Counted from the first letter of the stretch, positions 13,367-27,082 are shown. The stretch: 64,000 nt of DNA from Eledone cirrhosa (GCA_964016885.1 OZ024743.1:262384001-262448000), one strand, 5' to 3'. Numbers and translations: made by a program. The notes: a model not told the origin generated them from the letters alone.

Positions 13367-13467
13367 TATGTATGTCTTCTCCCTCTCTCTATCTGTTTCT
13401 ACCTCCCCCCCACCCCCACATCTATGAAAAGAATCAGCTGTAGTCAAAACTGGGAAGGATGGGTAAA

Positions 13468-13792
13468 TGGGTAAAGACCCCTTTCTGGTGTCATGAATGA
13501 CAATGGGATTTGCAGCTAGTCTGAGTTAGTTTGTTTGTGGAAAATCAGTAGTTGACCATGCATACCAACTCCTCTCTCCACACCACCAATATTGTCCAAG
13601 GGAATGGCAATGGCCGATACAGCTTGGCACCAGTGATATCACAACTTATTTCTACCTCAAAGTGAACTGGAGCAATGTGAAATAAAGTGTCTTGCTCAAG
13701 AACACAATGCAAAGCCCGGTCCGAGAATCAAACTCACAGCCTCACAATTGTAAGCCCAACGTTCTAACTACTAAGCCATGCACCTTCACATG
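13468..13792 (-). mobile_element. tRNA-derived SINE family A, long variant
   Basis: Minus-strand head gaaggtgcatggcttagtagttagaac...gtttgattctc and core ttgagcaagacactttatttcacattgctccag; body and tail match the plus-strand copy at ~58455-58695. Confidence 0.8.
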
Positions 13793-14232
13793 GGAGGGAT
13801 GAGATCTACTGTATGTCCTATCAATGCTCCTAAAGCTCAATCAAGAGTTAAGGGCCCAAGGAAAGACTAAATACCAATTTCCTTATATTATCCCCAACTT
13901 TCCCCTCCTCCAACTTGAATAACAAGAACCAAACAGCGAACTTCTCAATGATTATTCAACCTGCTAAAATAGAAACAAAATCACCCTCAAATCAAACTCC
14001 TTTCTCTTAAATAAGCAATGGCCACTTTAAATAATACAGTCCTTCAGATTAGATGGTCACACTTGATCATAGGTGTGTCCAATCAGGGTTGACCAAGGCT
14101 TGAGTGAGTGTGTGTGCAGGTGTGTGTGTGTGTGCAGGTGTGTGTGTATGCACATTATGTATGTGTGTGTATATGCAGGTGCATGTGTGTATGTATGCAT
14201 GTGTGTATGTGTGTGGGTGACCAAGGCTTAAC

Positions 14233-14451
14233 TCTTAACATCCTGTACCACATGAAACCACATTAGCAAGTGTTGCTTTGTACTTTTCAAGAATTGAAAA
14301 GTATAAACCAGCACTATGACTGCATTATATTAAAAATTGAAGTCTTTATTTTAATACTGCTAATTATCCACTAGTAAAGATACTATAAACATTTGAATTA
14401 ACAAACCAACTTTTAGATATTTTCTGCTAAATCTTTACAGGATACTATGAG
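14233..14451. mobile_element. TTAA-type MITE family P3
   Basis: ttaa ctcttaacatcctgta ... tacaggatactatgag ttag; homologous bodies at ~6482-6682 and ~48065-48275 (ending acaggatgttaagag ttaa). Confidence 0.65.
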
Positions 14452-14860
14452 TTAGATAACAATAATAACAATCTGAATAAGTACAGCATATGAGAGATAG
14501 ATTAAGTGTGAGACTATTGATTAACATAGGGCCATGACTTCAGACTTTATTTTAGCACCAAATAATCTTTATTTTCTGTGATGAAAATGAAAGTGGCTCA
14601 GTGTAAAAACACTGCTCCATTAGTAGCCAGACAATTGTATCACCCCTACCACCACCATAGCCACTGCTACCGCTGCCACCAATAATAACAACATCATCAT
14701 CATCATCATTATCAACATTTTCCATGCTGGCATGGGTTGTAAAGATCTATTCCAGCACATGTAGTTTTTATAAACTGCGATCCAGTTTCAGCCATGCCCC
14801 CGTCTGTGTTTAGTTCATTGGTGGTATTGATGCTCTATAGATCAACATAGTTGACATTAA

Positions 14861-15158
14861 CACTTTTGATACCAAACCACCTGAAACTGTTCCTACTTCT
14901 GTTTGTTTTAAAACGTTCATCATCATCATCATCACTGTTTTACATCTATTTTCCATGCTTGCATGGATTATTTATCTAAAACCTTACCATCATAATTTTA
15001 TATAAGAATTTCTGTATTGTAAATTTGTTCCAAACACCAGCTTAATAATGAAGAATTTAAATATTTTATTAAATAACTCCAAATTCTTGATTATTTATGA
15101 AATTTTTGAAAATCATCACAAGCAATGCCTTTCATAAAAAAATATGGTAATGAATGGG
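14861..15158 (+). mobile_element. TTAA-type MITE family P2 carrying a short RTE-tail insertion
   Basis: TTAA at 14857-14860 and 15159-15162; a catcatcat...tttacatctattttccatgc tail interrupts it at ~14918-14967. Confidence 0.7.
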
Positions 15159-15229
15159 TTAATGTCTCACAAATACACTATTATTCTATTTTCTATAAAT
15201 ATTTTTATAGGAATTGGTCTGATGAGCTT

Positions 15230-15606
15230 TCCTGTTTGTTGCCCCTTCATACTTTTGACTCCAAATACCTGAGGAATATCCTTGGTGTCAAATTGAATGG
15301 TTTTATTACAAATAAAGAAATCATGGAACGAACAGATCAGCAGCCAGTATTGAAAAAAATCTACAAAAGGTGTCTTAAATGGCTTGGACACCTTTCCAGA
15401 CTGCGACAAACGAGAGCAACCAACAAAACTTTGTGCTGGGTTGTGCGAGGTAAAAGAAAGCAAGGAAGGCCTAAACTGAATTGGCAACAGAACATTGTAC
15501 AAGATCTATGAGTGGTGAACATGGAATAGAAGGATGTACATGCCCTGGCTGGAGATAAGAAAGGATGTATTACTCAAGATGTGGGAGCTTATAAATTTAA
15601 GTAAGT
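15230..15606 (+). mobile_element. RTE-like LINE 3' remnant
   Basis: FDSKYLRNILGV...RCLKWLGHLSR...GKRKQGRPKLNW. Confidence 0.85.
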
Positions 15607-16105
15607 GTTAGTGTTAGAAATAATAGTGAAAGCAGAGTAAGACTAGGGAGAGGTTCAAGAGAGCTGATATCTTTGATAAATCATACGGGACTGAAAGGAG
15701 TGGCAATATATTGTAAGGTAGTTCTGTTCAGTTCATTGGTTACATAACAGGTCAGTAAAGATGGGTAAGATATTTACAGAGAAGTATCCCTAGCATCACT
15801 ATCATTCATCTGAGATAATAAGCAGGAAGCAGAGTGACCCAGATTCAACGGTGTGGGATGGAGCAAGGTGTGCCCTAGGCATCCAATGTATGTAATACTG
15901 AGTGTGGAGGATAAAGATGCCATTACTACTGCCCCTCCTACCAATACTTCTATCTTGATGAGTAGGGGTGGTGCGTTTACATGGTAAAGCTACAACCAAG
16001 GACTCTCATGTCTCTCTTCTGAGACAATAGACACAAACAAGGCTAGGAGAAAGTCTCTTCAATTGTACTGTTCCTTCTCCAACGGGGAAAGGTTAATACA
16101 CCCCC

Positions 16106-16191
16106 CTCTCTCTCTCTCTATATATATATATATCCATAATACAGGATATATATATACATATATATATATGTATATATATATCCTGTATTAT

Positions 16192-16269
<78 letters not shown>
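16106..16269. repeat. (CT)n-(TA)n microsatellite
   Basis: Direct reading. Confidence 0.95.
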
Positions 16270-16271
<2 letters not shown>

Positions 16272-16670
16272 ACCCATCCATTATACAGAAGTGATAAATA
16301 GCCAACTGAAGTAAAAACAGAGCGGCTGGTATTTTGGTAGGGATTTATGTTCCCTTAGTTACTGTCACTACTGTCACTGGTAATGATGATTAATACAAAT
16401 GTTATTGTTATTGTTGTAGTGTGCAACAGAGGTGGGGCTAAATAATTGTCTACAGTTCAAACCCAACAACAACAACTACTGTCTAATGAACAGCACAAAC
16501 ATAATATATATAATTCCTGCCAGCAGTGACATACATATATAATATACTGTTTACTGTCATTTGTACAAACACTGCATGGAGGGGGATAGAAAAGAAGAAC
16601 TCTGTAGTGTATGGGTGCTGGGGAGAGAAAGTGATACAATTTTAGTCAAAGCTTGAGCCCATCTGAGGTC

Positions 16671-16715
<45 letters not shown>

Positions 16716-17149
16716 ATATATATACATCCCCCCCACTCTCTCTCTGACTATATGCATATGCATACACATGAAAACAGAGTATCTCAGAAATATATATACC
16801 CTCTTTACAGTAAAATTGGTTTTGGTGATGAATATTCCAGTTGTTCAATAATCAGAATGACCTACTTGTTAATAACGTGTTAGTGGTTGAGTATCCCATA
16901 AACAGATTTATCCTTAATATAATTAATCCTCAGTGAGATTTAGTATGATACAGTATATGACAAGGCTGAGTATTTGAACTATCATACAAGTACAATCCTT
17001 TCAGGTGATTAACTAATTCTACTCATAAGACTTAGTTTGGCTTTAGGCTATGGTAAAAGATACTTGCTCAAGATGTCACATAGTTGGATCAAACCTGCAA
17101 TTTTATGATTGTGAAGCAAACATCTTAACCATTGAGCAATACCAGTACA

Positions 17150-17442
17150 GTCCTTTGTTCTTTCCTTTGAGGGATTAATCTTCACTATTTTGATCTGTCT
17201 TTTGAGATCTACCTCTTCCACTGATTCCATCTATCTCAAGTGCTCATATTCAGAACACAGTCATCACTTTTCCACAGTCCATCTGATTCCTCTTATATTC
17301 AGTTTTTTTTTTATCAGCTCATTTACGCTGTGTCAGTCATGCAGACTAACATAACACATCCAGTGGAGCATTCTTGCATCATTTCTTTCCAGTCGTTATA
17401 AATCTTCTGCATTCAAGGCCCATATTTCACTACCATGCAGCA
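17150..17442 (-). mobile_element. Decayed RTE LINE C-terminal remnant
   Basis: Minus-strand MLHGSEIWALNAEDL*RLERNDARMLHWMC, homologous to the 8666-9291 ORF. Confidence 0.8.
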
Positions 17443-17505
17443 TCAAACAGGCATTTTGAAATAGATAAAAGAAAATGTAGAGAAAAAAATGTGACAGCTA
17501 CTTAC

Positions 17506-17679
17506 AATAGAAAAATCTAGTACTCGAAGAATCCACACTGTAAGAGCCAAATTCATAATAACAAGGATCATGAGTAATAGAATGAAGGCATATAAACATC
17601 GTTTTCTCCATCCGTAAATACCAACTGGTAGAAAACCCCCAAAAGTTTCATTTGATATATGTGTTGGCCTCATGGTATC
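17506..17679 (-). CDS. SGCD: Coding exon of a delta/zeta(gamma)-type sarcoglycan (cytoplasmic tail + transmembrane helix)
   Basis: [58 protein letters not shown] contains the family signature [12 protein letters not shown] followed by a TM helix. Acceptor ttctcatttcag (AG at 17681-17680), donor GTAAGT at 17505; 174 bp, phase 0/0. The delta versus zeta/gamma assignment cannot be resolved from this exon. Confidence 0.95.
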
Positions 17680-20600
17680 CTGAAATGAGAACATAAAAAT
17701 AAATTTAATGTACACTTGCTATTATTTGTATTTTGTAACATTCTTGTTTTGTTTTTGTTTTTAATTGTCAAGTTTAACCCTTTCATTTTTAATAATTTGC
17801 AAGAAAATAAGCAAGAATTTGGAAGAATTTTGTAATTGAAGAATGGAAGACTTTTGTAAAACTTCCTCAATATTAAACTGATGTTTTGGAACAATTTAAC
17901 AAGGCTACCTGTATAAAATTATAATTGATAAAAATAAACAGCATAGCATCATGGAACCAGGAATGGTTTCTGGCAATTTGTTATCAAAAGGGTTAAAAAA
18001 GGTCATTGCTCTGTTTATAGCTTCTAGATAGATTTTTCTAAGGAACAAACAATTTGTAACATTTGCATATGATACAGAAAGTATTGGTTTCTTGTTTTGG
18101 CATGAAAATAATCATTTTTTTCTGTTAGCACCACCCCTTTCCAACTTACAGGAATCCCTTTACTCCCCTGAATTACCTATCAATGAGTCACAGAAAGACC
18201 AACTGATAAACTGACACTAAAAATTATTCACAAATCTCATATCTTTAGTGATAGAATAAAAAACCTTGGTAAACTTAGCAAAAATGTTAGTAACCCATGG
18301 CTGGTTATTAACTGAACCGTTGCCAATGTCTGATTTATTACAACTTAGTTATTCTGATTTGCTTATAATAGTCCCCCCCACATTCAATTATTATCTTGAA
18401 ATCCCTTCCAATATTGGAACAACCACATCCAATAAATGAAGCACTGTCATGTTGCTAAAGTCTGGGTTTGCACCACATTCTGTCTTGCACTACATTTCAA
18501 GGAATAGGTTTTATACTTCTTTTTTTTTTTTGGTGTGTATGTGGGATGGGGGGTAACTCCAATGATCCTATATCCCTCCTCCTCAGAAACTGAATGAAGG
18601 AAAAGAGGATGGTATCCTCCAACTAACGATCTGTCCTGAATGCTCACAACAGATCAAACTCCACTAAAGGTGTTCAGAGGTCATAACACAAAGAGATGGA
18701 ACACAAGGATTAGAATACACCCAAGATCTTGAACAAATACTACAACATAACAACATAATGTCAGCCAATGCTCTTACAATTTCATTAATCAACTGCTCTG
18801 GACTGGTATTTTATTTTACGAACCCCAAAAGAATGAAAAATCAAGTTGATCTCAGTGGAATTTAAACTCAGATGACAGAGAGAGGGTACAAATATTACAA
18901 GACAGTTTGTTTACATCTAAAAATGACTGTGCAACCAAAACACCACCCTGGCTTAGATGTAGAGTCTGTCATCCTCTCTTCTTCCCCTTTCTTTTGTTAC
19001 TTGATAATCCTTACCCTTTCCTTCCCTTTCCGCTCATTTATAGTCTTTTGCAATGCTACATTCTTTTTCTTTGATTGATTTCTATTGATTTGTTTCTTTT
19101 GAATATTTCATATTCATTATATAACATCATCACCAATTAACGTCCATTTTTCGATGCTAGCATGGGTTAGATAAGGTATCTTGTTGTGATCGATGCCACG
19201 TCAGATGACCAGGTCTTGCTAATATACTTCATAAATTGTGTTTATAAGTACAAAATGGAATAAATAAAACTTTCATTAAGTAAATGTATATTTGGCAAGT
19301 AATAGTAAAAACAAAATACCACTTGTGAGAGATGTCGACTTTCTCAATCAGAGAAAGAAATATACAAAGAATATACATAACTTTCTGTAATGTTAGCAAC
19401 ACTTTACAGCATACTGTGCAGGTATAACCTAGTATTGACCTAAATCTGTTTGATCAGGGCTGATCTGGGGCTAAATAACATCCAACATTGATCTGGACAG
19501 TGGAATGATTCATTACTAAACCAAAATGTCTTTTATGTCCAGAATTCTGTCTCTTATATAGTTTACATATTTACTTTTAAATTTTAAATCTCTAAATTTT
19601 AACCCTTTAATAGTATTCTTAAAATACATACCAGTTATACAGTGGGATTCATTTTAATGACTATATTTTCACATCTACAAATCTGTGGTTGTGTGTCAAT
19701 GTCAGAAGATTGTTTTAAGTACCAAATTCATTGTCACATTAAGTCTTAAATTGGAGTTAAGCTTTTTAGAGATTGGAATTTTTTCTAGACTTCAAAGAAT
19801 GTCTTGCATGGAAATGGAGCAAGTAGACTTTTATTGTAATAAAACTTTTTTAAAAGGGCAGATCTAGAATTTAAAATGAATCTAATTTTATATTCATATA
19901 TATATAAACACTAAATTGACACACACACACTTAAATACCATTGATATGAAGATATAGTGTGACACTCAATTCAGTTCACAGAAACACAGAGAAAAAGGAA
20001 TCTGTATAAAACAAGTACATCTGCCCTCCCCCATCCTCATATCCACACATACATAGCTATATATAATATAAACACTGTTGCAGACACAGAAAAACACTTA
20101 GACATACAGTCTGAACTTAAAACTATATTCTAGAAAGATAAAATAAAAATAAAAATAATGGCTGTAGTAGTAAAATAGACTGTTTTCTCCATTAATCTAA
20201 TAATACAGTTCAACTTCTTGAATGTGAGTGTATGTTTACACACACATGAACATTGTACTTAGAAATAATGTTTTGGTTACAGGACTAAAATGATTATTCA
20301 ACAACTTTTATTTAACCACCTTGATACCAATCTGGTCAAGGCTGGTTCTGGTTTTATGAAACTAAACCATCCATTTTAAAAGGTTCCTATTTAAATCAAA
20401 CTTTTCCTGCATGATTTTATATAAGAAGCATATATTTAGTTACTATCTTAGTAATGAAATAATTAATAACTTTATGTTTTATTAATAAATTGAAATAAAG
20501 TGTATTTCATTAGAAGCATACTGTTATGGAAGAGTTACATTTTTATATAAACATTATTTAACATCCTCTTCCATGCTAGAAAGGGTTGGATGGATTTTCC

Positions 20601-20779
20601 CATACAAAATCAGTATTCAGGTGGGGTTACTGATCTCTTAGATGGGCCTGGTGTCAGCATCTTGCTTACATAAGCTTACATATCTATTATATATTTCTAA
20701 TGTTTTCTGACTCCTTTAATTTCTAAAGTCAAAACAATGGAAGGCTGATTATCTCAGTTGATAATGGCGCCATGCTAAT

Positions 20780-21200
20780 AATGGTTTCTGATTTAGGCAT
20801 GTGGCCAACAATTTTGGGGGGATGGGGAAAGCTGATTAAATCGACCCCAATGCATTACTGGTACCTTATTTTAACGACCTCCATTAGGATCAAACACAAA
20901 GCTAACCTGGGCATGATTTGAACTCAGAACGTAAAGGGCCATAACTATGCCACGAAGCAGGGTGTCTGATGCTCTGCAGATACTGCCAATCCACTGCCCT
21001 CACACAAGGCTAGCAATTTGTATGGGAGGAGAAAGTTGATTATTCTGATACCAGTAATTTACTGGTACTTTATTTTATCAAACTCAAAAGGATGAAAGGC
21101 AAAGTTGACCTCAGTGGAATTTGAACCAAAGTCATGAAGAGTCAGAACAAATAACGTTCAGCATTTCTTTGATGCTCTAATGACTCAGCCAACCCACCAT
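20780..21200 (-). mobile_element. Tandem pair of SINE family B copies
   Basis: Two successive ...actggtac(c)ttatttt...aaag(c/t)tgacct...ttgaac...gccaa(t/c)cca units. Confidence 0.75.
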
Positions 21201-21607
21201 GCTGTGCTAATGATGCAAAATGTTGTAAGTTTATTTTTTTTTAATTCTTAACTATCTAGCTGCATGCATTTAAGACAAGAGTTTGACTCACACTTATACC
21301 AATTAAATTGAATATATTCTGAGTTAACTGTTGTTTTGTTTTCTGCATATATATCATATAATTATCAAATGTAGGCTCAAGAGTCTTTATACAAAAGAAA
21401 AGGAAAGCATTTTAGTAAAATATCTTACTTCAGCTTTCTGTTAATTTGATCATAGGCCTGCTCAACCAGGAGGTACATATTAAACAACAACTACAAGAAG
21501 GATTGAAGTCAGAACTACAGGTTCGTAGAACATTTGAAAAATTGTTATTGCTGTTGCTTGATGGAACCAACAAGTTATCTCTCTATAACAGTAATACACT
21601 TAATACT

Positions 21608-21764
21608 CTATGGTCTGTACCTCTAATCTGTTAGATATCTAGTAGACTATGGTCTGTGACTATAATATGTTAGACATCTAGCACTGTATGATCTGTACTT
21701 CTAATCTGTTAGATATCTCACACTCAATAGCCTGTACCTCTTATCTGTTAGTGAGACATCTAAC
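21608..21764. repeat. ~39-bp degenerate tandem repeat, ~4 copies
   Basis: Unit ctatggtctgtacctctaatctgttagatatctagtaga. Confidence 0.8.
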
Positions 21765-22187
21765 AATGTTTATGAGAATGAACAGCAGAATTGATGTATT
21801 TTATTGGGGCTAATATGTCAATATATCGACAATATCTAGTCTTTGAAATGGCTGTAAAACAATGGATTAATTAAGCACTAAACATTGTCTTATTTGTTTT
21901 CATTGTTCAACATTATATATCTGACTGTAGTCTTTGAATATTCAACAAAATTAAATATGATACCACTTTTCCACAAAAATAAATTTTGCATTACTTTGAT
22001 GGGATTTTCATATATACACTACATTAAGTTATAATAGGGTAATAAGTCCTAATTTAATTGGCTAGATTATTTATATATGTACTCCTGTAAAAGGGCTTAA
22101 GTGTGCAACGTCAAACTTTCTTTCCACTTTCCAATATAAAGTGTGAAACTAATAAGACTTTTTGTAGCTCTATTTGTTGTCTTCTTG

Positions 22188-22254
<67 letters not shown>

Positions 22255-22864
22255 TCCCAATGTAAATCGGCAGGCGAACACTGTCAAAAAAGGTATTCAA
22301 TACATTAGTAGGTTATAGGTATCATCATCATCATCATCACCGTTTTACATCCGTTCTTCCACGCTAACATGGGTTAGACGGGTTGTCTTGTTGTGGGCAG
22401 TGTCTGGTCGGCTGACCTTGTCTTTCTCATTAGAAATGATTTCTACAGAACTAGAACTGTTTCATTCATAGTTTTGAGCGCCATTATTGGCTCATGCCAT
22501 GTCTAACTTAATAGCACCACCTAGTAAAATCTTTCAGATTATGAGTTCACATCATGTTTTGGACACCATAGCCCACTAGTAAAGAATTATTTTCGGAGAC
22601 ATTTCTGAGATTTCTTAGAGGAATTTTTTCCAGGCAATGTTTTGAATATTACAGGATCTGTTTCTGTCTATGAAGTTAAAAAATGACTCTACTACTGCTT
22701 TGTCAGGGATTGAGGTTTCAAGCTAATTGTAGACCAATCAACACAGGGAAAGTTGAAATCCCTCATCATTAGTATGTTACCCAGATGGCACTCTGGATAA
22801 AATACTTAATGCAGTTGAGGTATTCCTTGAAGCATAGTGGAGGCTTTGGGGGTATATATATATA

Positions 22865-23207
22865 TCATCATCATCATCATCATCATCATTTTACGTCTGC
22901 TTTTCCCTGCTTGCAAGGGTGGGACGGGAACTGATTCTGGCTTGATTTCTACAGCTGGATGTCCTAACACCAACCTCATTTACAGTGAGTGCTGGGTGCT
23001 TTTTTGGCATGGCACCTCCACGACCACTTTGCAGTGGAATGATATAGACCCCAGTCCCTATCATCTCATTTCTACAGCTGAGTAAACTGGAGCAATGTGA
23101 AATAAAGTGTCTTGCTCAAGGAAACAACACATCACCCGGTCTGAGAATTGAACTCACAACCTTTCGATTGCAAGGCCAATGCTCTAACCTCTAAGCCATG
23201 TGCCTCC
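22865..23207 (-). mobile_element. tRNA-derived SINE family A with RTE-type 3' end
   Basis: Head ggaggcacatggcttagaggttagagc...gagttcaattctc on minus; 3' part matches the 3' UTR of the RTE at 8345-8640; (GAT)n tail; flanked by TA runs; close relative at 49741-50053. Confidence 0.88.
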
Positions 23208-23368
23208 ATATATATATATTCATTTAGGTTTGTTGGTTCACCACTGGATAGAACTGGTCATTCCGTATAGTCAACCTTGATGTAATATTAGGGAGAGCAC
23301 TCGACGTAATGCAACTCACCCGTCTTCGTTTGTGTTGGTGGTGCAAGTACGGAGTTAATTATTATAAA

Positions 23369-23737
23369 ATAACAGGAGGCTGGACTGGTGTCATTCCTTA
23401 AAGGTTTATTATACTATGAATATTTCAATGACCGGGTTCAGTATGAATCCGGTGACATCATCAGGTATTCGAAATTTAACAAAGGAATATAATAGACACA
23501 ATTCATGGAGCTGAAAAGGCAGAGAGACAAGAAAGCGGCCAAACATTCAACAGTTTCTAGTCCGGTTGGCCGCCTTCAAGTGAAGACTACTAAGTTTTCT
23601 TATGTTTTTCTGGTGAAGGGGCGTAAGCTTATAATGTACTATTACCACCCCCACCGGATTCATACTGAACCCGGTCATTGAAATGTTCATAGTATAATAA
23701 ACCTTTAAGGAATTACACCAGTCCAGTCTCCTGTTAT
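23369..23737. mobile_element. Fold-back element with 86-bp inverted arms, probable Penelope-like pLTR remnant
   Basis: Arms 23369-23454 and 23652-23737 (3 mismatches by eye), 197-bp spacer, followed by (TA)n. Confidence 0.8.
23411..23468 (-). ncRNA. Minimal type-I hammerhead ribozyme-like motif
   Basis: Minus strand: atac CTGATGA tgtc-accggattca-tac-tgaacccggt-catt GAAA t-attc-a TA gtat. Both catalytic boxes are intact, stem I atac/gtat, long stem II, very short stem III, AUA cleavage triplet. Confidence 0.7.
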
Positions 23738-23899
23738 AATTATATATATATATATATATATATAAAATAGAAATGACTTTTATAGGACTAGAACTATTGC
23801 ATTCATTTGGAATCACCAGAAAATTCCTTTCAAACGAATGAAGTAATTCTAGTCCAGTAGTATTCATTTCTACATGACTGCATTGAATACCTTATTTAA

Positions 23900-24104
23900 C
23901 CCTTTAGCACTTACATTACTCTATATTTACTATTATATTTTCGCAGTAAAGGCTTTATCTCACATAATATCAAATCTATGAGATTTTGATATTCGTTTTG
24001 AGAACAATATCTTAATAGCAGTATGAGTGGCCTGTTATAGCCAGTTTGAACAGAAAGAAGTAAGAGAATCTTAGCCGGATACAGCTGGTTTAAATGCTAA
24101 AGGG
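23900..24104. mobile_element. piggyBac-type MITE family P1, copy 2
   Basis: TTAA ccctttagcactta ... taaatgctaaaggg TTAA. Confidence 0.92.
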
Positions 24105-24699
24105 TTAATACATTGAGTACCTTATTTAATTGTGTTTCTCTTCTGTTCCTCTTTAGAAAACCATTCTTGATAATGCTGTATATGTCTATGTATGTATATA
24201 TATATATGTGTCTATGTATGTGTGTATGTATATGTATGTATAACATCACTATCTATTCAGAACAGGATGACATTATACATACACAGTCTTTGCACACAAA
24301 ATGTAACCAGGTGTATACATAACACACCACTAGTGTACCGAACTTGGTCTTTCTCCCTATTTCATGCATATGTGTGCATGTGCACACATACATAGACATA
24401 AACACACACACACGTACACAGAGTCTCCGTATAGAGAAAGGCCACCAGGTGTATACACCCAGCTAAACAGTAAGGTCAGCTGGTGTATACATCTGCTATC
24501 TGTCAGTATCCATGTTAATCTGATGATGGATCAGGTGTCTGTTTCTCCCTATACACATCAACATCAACATCTACCATTGCTTCTTTAGTATTTATTCCTT
24601 AATACACTATTATAGGAGTTGATACAGTTAGCCCAACATAGAGTTATAAAGATTTATATACACTAAAGGGTTTGAAAACCACACACATTCTGTCTGTTC

Positions 24700-25117
24700 T
24701 CTTTTATGTATACATACATTCACATAATCACACACATACATTCATTGCATGTGCATGCACACACACACATACAATCACACAATTCCAAACACACTCATAC
24801 AAACACAATCACACATATACATTAACACAACCATATATATACAATCACACAAACACACACATGCACATACACTCATGTACATACTCATGCACTCACACAA
24901 GCACAGTCATACACATACACTCACTTATGCATACAATCACACAAACACAATCATACACACACACACACACACACTCTCACAAAAAAACACAATCGCGCAC
25001 ATACACACAAGTAAAAAACACACATACACTCACTCAAACACACAATCACACACATGCACTCATATAAACACAATATCACAAACACAATCACACACATATA
25101 CTCAGCCAAACACACAA
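24700..25117. repeat. CA-rich degenerate repeat (cacaatcacac motif)
   Basis: Direct reading. Confidence 0.85.
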
Positions 25118-25119
25118 TG

Positions 25120-26960
25120 TGAAAATGAGGAAAAAACCCTACAGACATTGTAAAATGACAATTCAATTATTGTAGAAGAAGCTGACAAGGGTGGAGCAAT
25201 TATTGTTATGGATAAAGATTTTTACAAAGATTAAGTACTAGAAAAATTAATGGATGAAAATTACAAGAAAGAAGAAGCAAGAAATCTGAAGAAAGCAAAT
25301 GTAAACAAGGATCATTAATTGAGCAATATTGAAAACTCTTGTTTTGCTGATAAAGAAATTGATTACCTATGAAACTTTGAAGTTAGGAAAAGCAATTTCT
25401 ATAGATTATCAAAGATTCACAAAAGCCTGGTATTACAGGAAGCTATCAATTAACAAAATAATAAATATATAGAAATATTGGGACTAGCTGATCTCAAACT
25501 ACAATCAATTGTTGCAGGACCACAATTTCCAATACAATCATCTAACCCACATTATAGATTTGCTTCATAGGTCTTTATCTCCAAAGATCTCAGGTTATGT
25601 ATGAGATGACATGGATTTCCTTAAATAAATTCGATCAACTATTCTAGAGCTCCCCATCCTCATGCTGCATATATGCTCCTCCTTCTCAACCTTCCTTCCA
25701 CAACCCTGATACATGTACCACTATCTGTCCAACATATGCATACAAGCATGGAAAACTGGACACATTCCACATTACTCTTACTCTTACTTAGTCATGTTGC
25801 CATGACAAAGTAGCACCCTGTCCAGCCTATAAGTGATCATGCTGGTGACATGACAAAAAGAACCCAGTTCTGTCTGTTAGATAGTCGCTTTGATGTCATG
25901 ATAAAAAGCACCCAGTTCCTGCTGTAATGTGTTTGGCATTAGGAAAGGCATCCAGCTGTGGAAACCAAGCCAAAAACAGATCCACATGAGCAAGACATAA
26001 GCACCTGACCTGACCAATCTCACAATGTGTCAACCTACCTAATCAATGCAAGCATGGAAAACAGACATTAAACAATGATGATAATGATAACAATTCTTTA
26101 TACTAACATGTCACTTGGTAGGAAAACATAGAGACATGACATATGAATATTTCAAAACAGATTTTATTAAGAAAGTCCTACACTTAGTATTAGAAGAAAC
26201 ACCTTCAGCTTTGAGATAAAAACACATAAACATCTAAAGGAGACAACTATTGGTACAAAAGTGCAATCTTTATTTGCTAATATTGTGATTGGATTCCTAG
26301 AGAAAAATTATATAATGAGTTTGGAACAATATTTGACCAAAACATTAAAGAATATGCTATTGAGAAGTGGAAATGCTTTCTTGACAAGTGGTTTATTTTC
26401 TGGAATAAATCCTCCTTTCCTCGTTTGTCTAGTAGTAGGAAACACAAGGTGCTACTCTGTGTTCTCAAAGTCAATTAAATTGACCCCAGTACTTGATTGG
26501 TATTTGATGGTAAGAAACTCTCAGGATAGCTGAACAGTAGGTCTTCAGAGAAGACATCTCCCTCAACCAAGTGTTTAGGCCTTTAATTTCTTATATTCTA
26601 AGAGGGTTAGACTGCATCCAAGTCATAACTCCTGGGTGCTCTTCTGCTGACATTTAACCATTTGGATATTGGCCACAAAAGAATGAAAGGCAAAGTTGAC
26701 CTCAGCAGGATATGAATACAAAATGTAAAGGGCAGTAACTATATGCAACAAAGCATGTTCTCTGATGCTCTACTGATACTGCCAATCCACTGCCCTTCTG
26801 GAATAAAGTAAAAGGTCAACTACAAATATTTGATAACACTCTAACTACCTTCCATCCATTCATTACAGATATCAGAGAAAAATAATAATTGTTTTTAGAT
26901 ATCCTTATAAAATTATGTGACAATTTAAAATTATATTACAACAGACATATTTTATAAGAG
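25120..26960 (+). mobile_element. Decayed Penelope-like reverse transcriptase, fragmented by SINE insertions
   Basis: Remnant motifs IVEEADKGGAIIVMDK (ADKGG at 25181), FYRLSKIHK, IVAGP, GYVRDDMDFL, IGTKVQSLFANIVIGFLE, FLDILI; many stops and frameshifts; interrupted at ~25790-26090 and ~26420-26795. Confidence 0.8.
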
Positions 26961-26966
26961 GGACAT

Positions 26967-27082
26967 GCACCCACTTTATCCTTCACACACCCACTTTATC
27001 TCTCACACACCAAAGTTAACTTTTACACACCAAAGTTATCTTTTACACACCAAAGTTATCCCTCACACGCGAAAGTTATCTT
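26967..27082. repeat. ~20-bp tandem repeat
   Basis: cacacccactttatc / cacaccaaagttatc units, about 6 copies. Confidence 0.8.

Noticed and set aside
15650-16060. Possible LINE endonuclease remnant (QDRSIGRRG) on the minus strand
   Set aside because: Too decayed to support from sequence alone.
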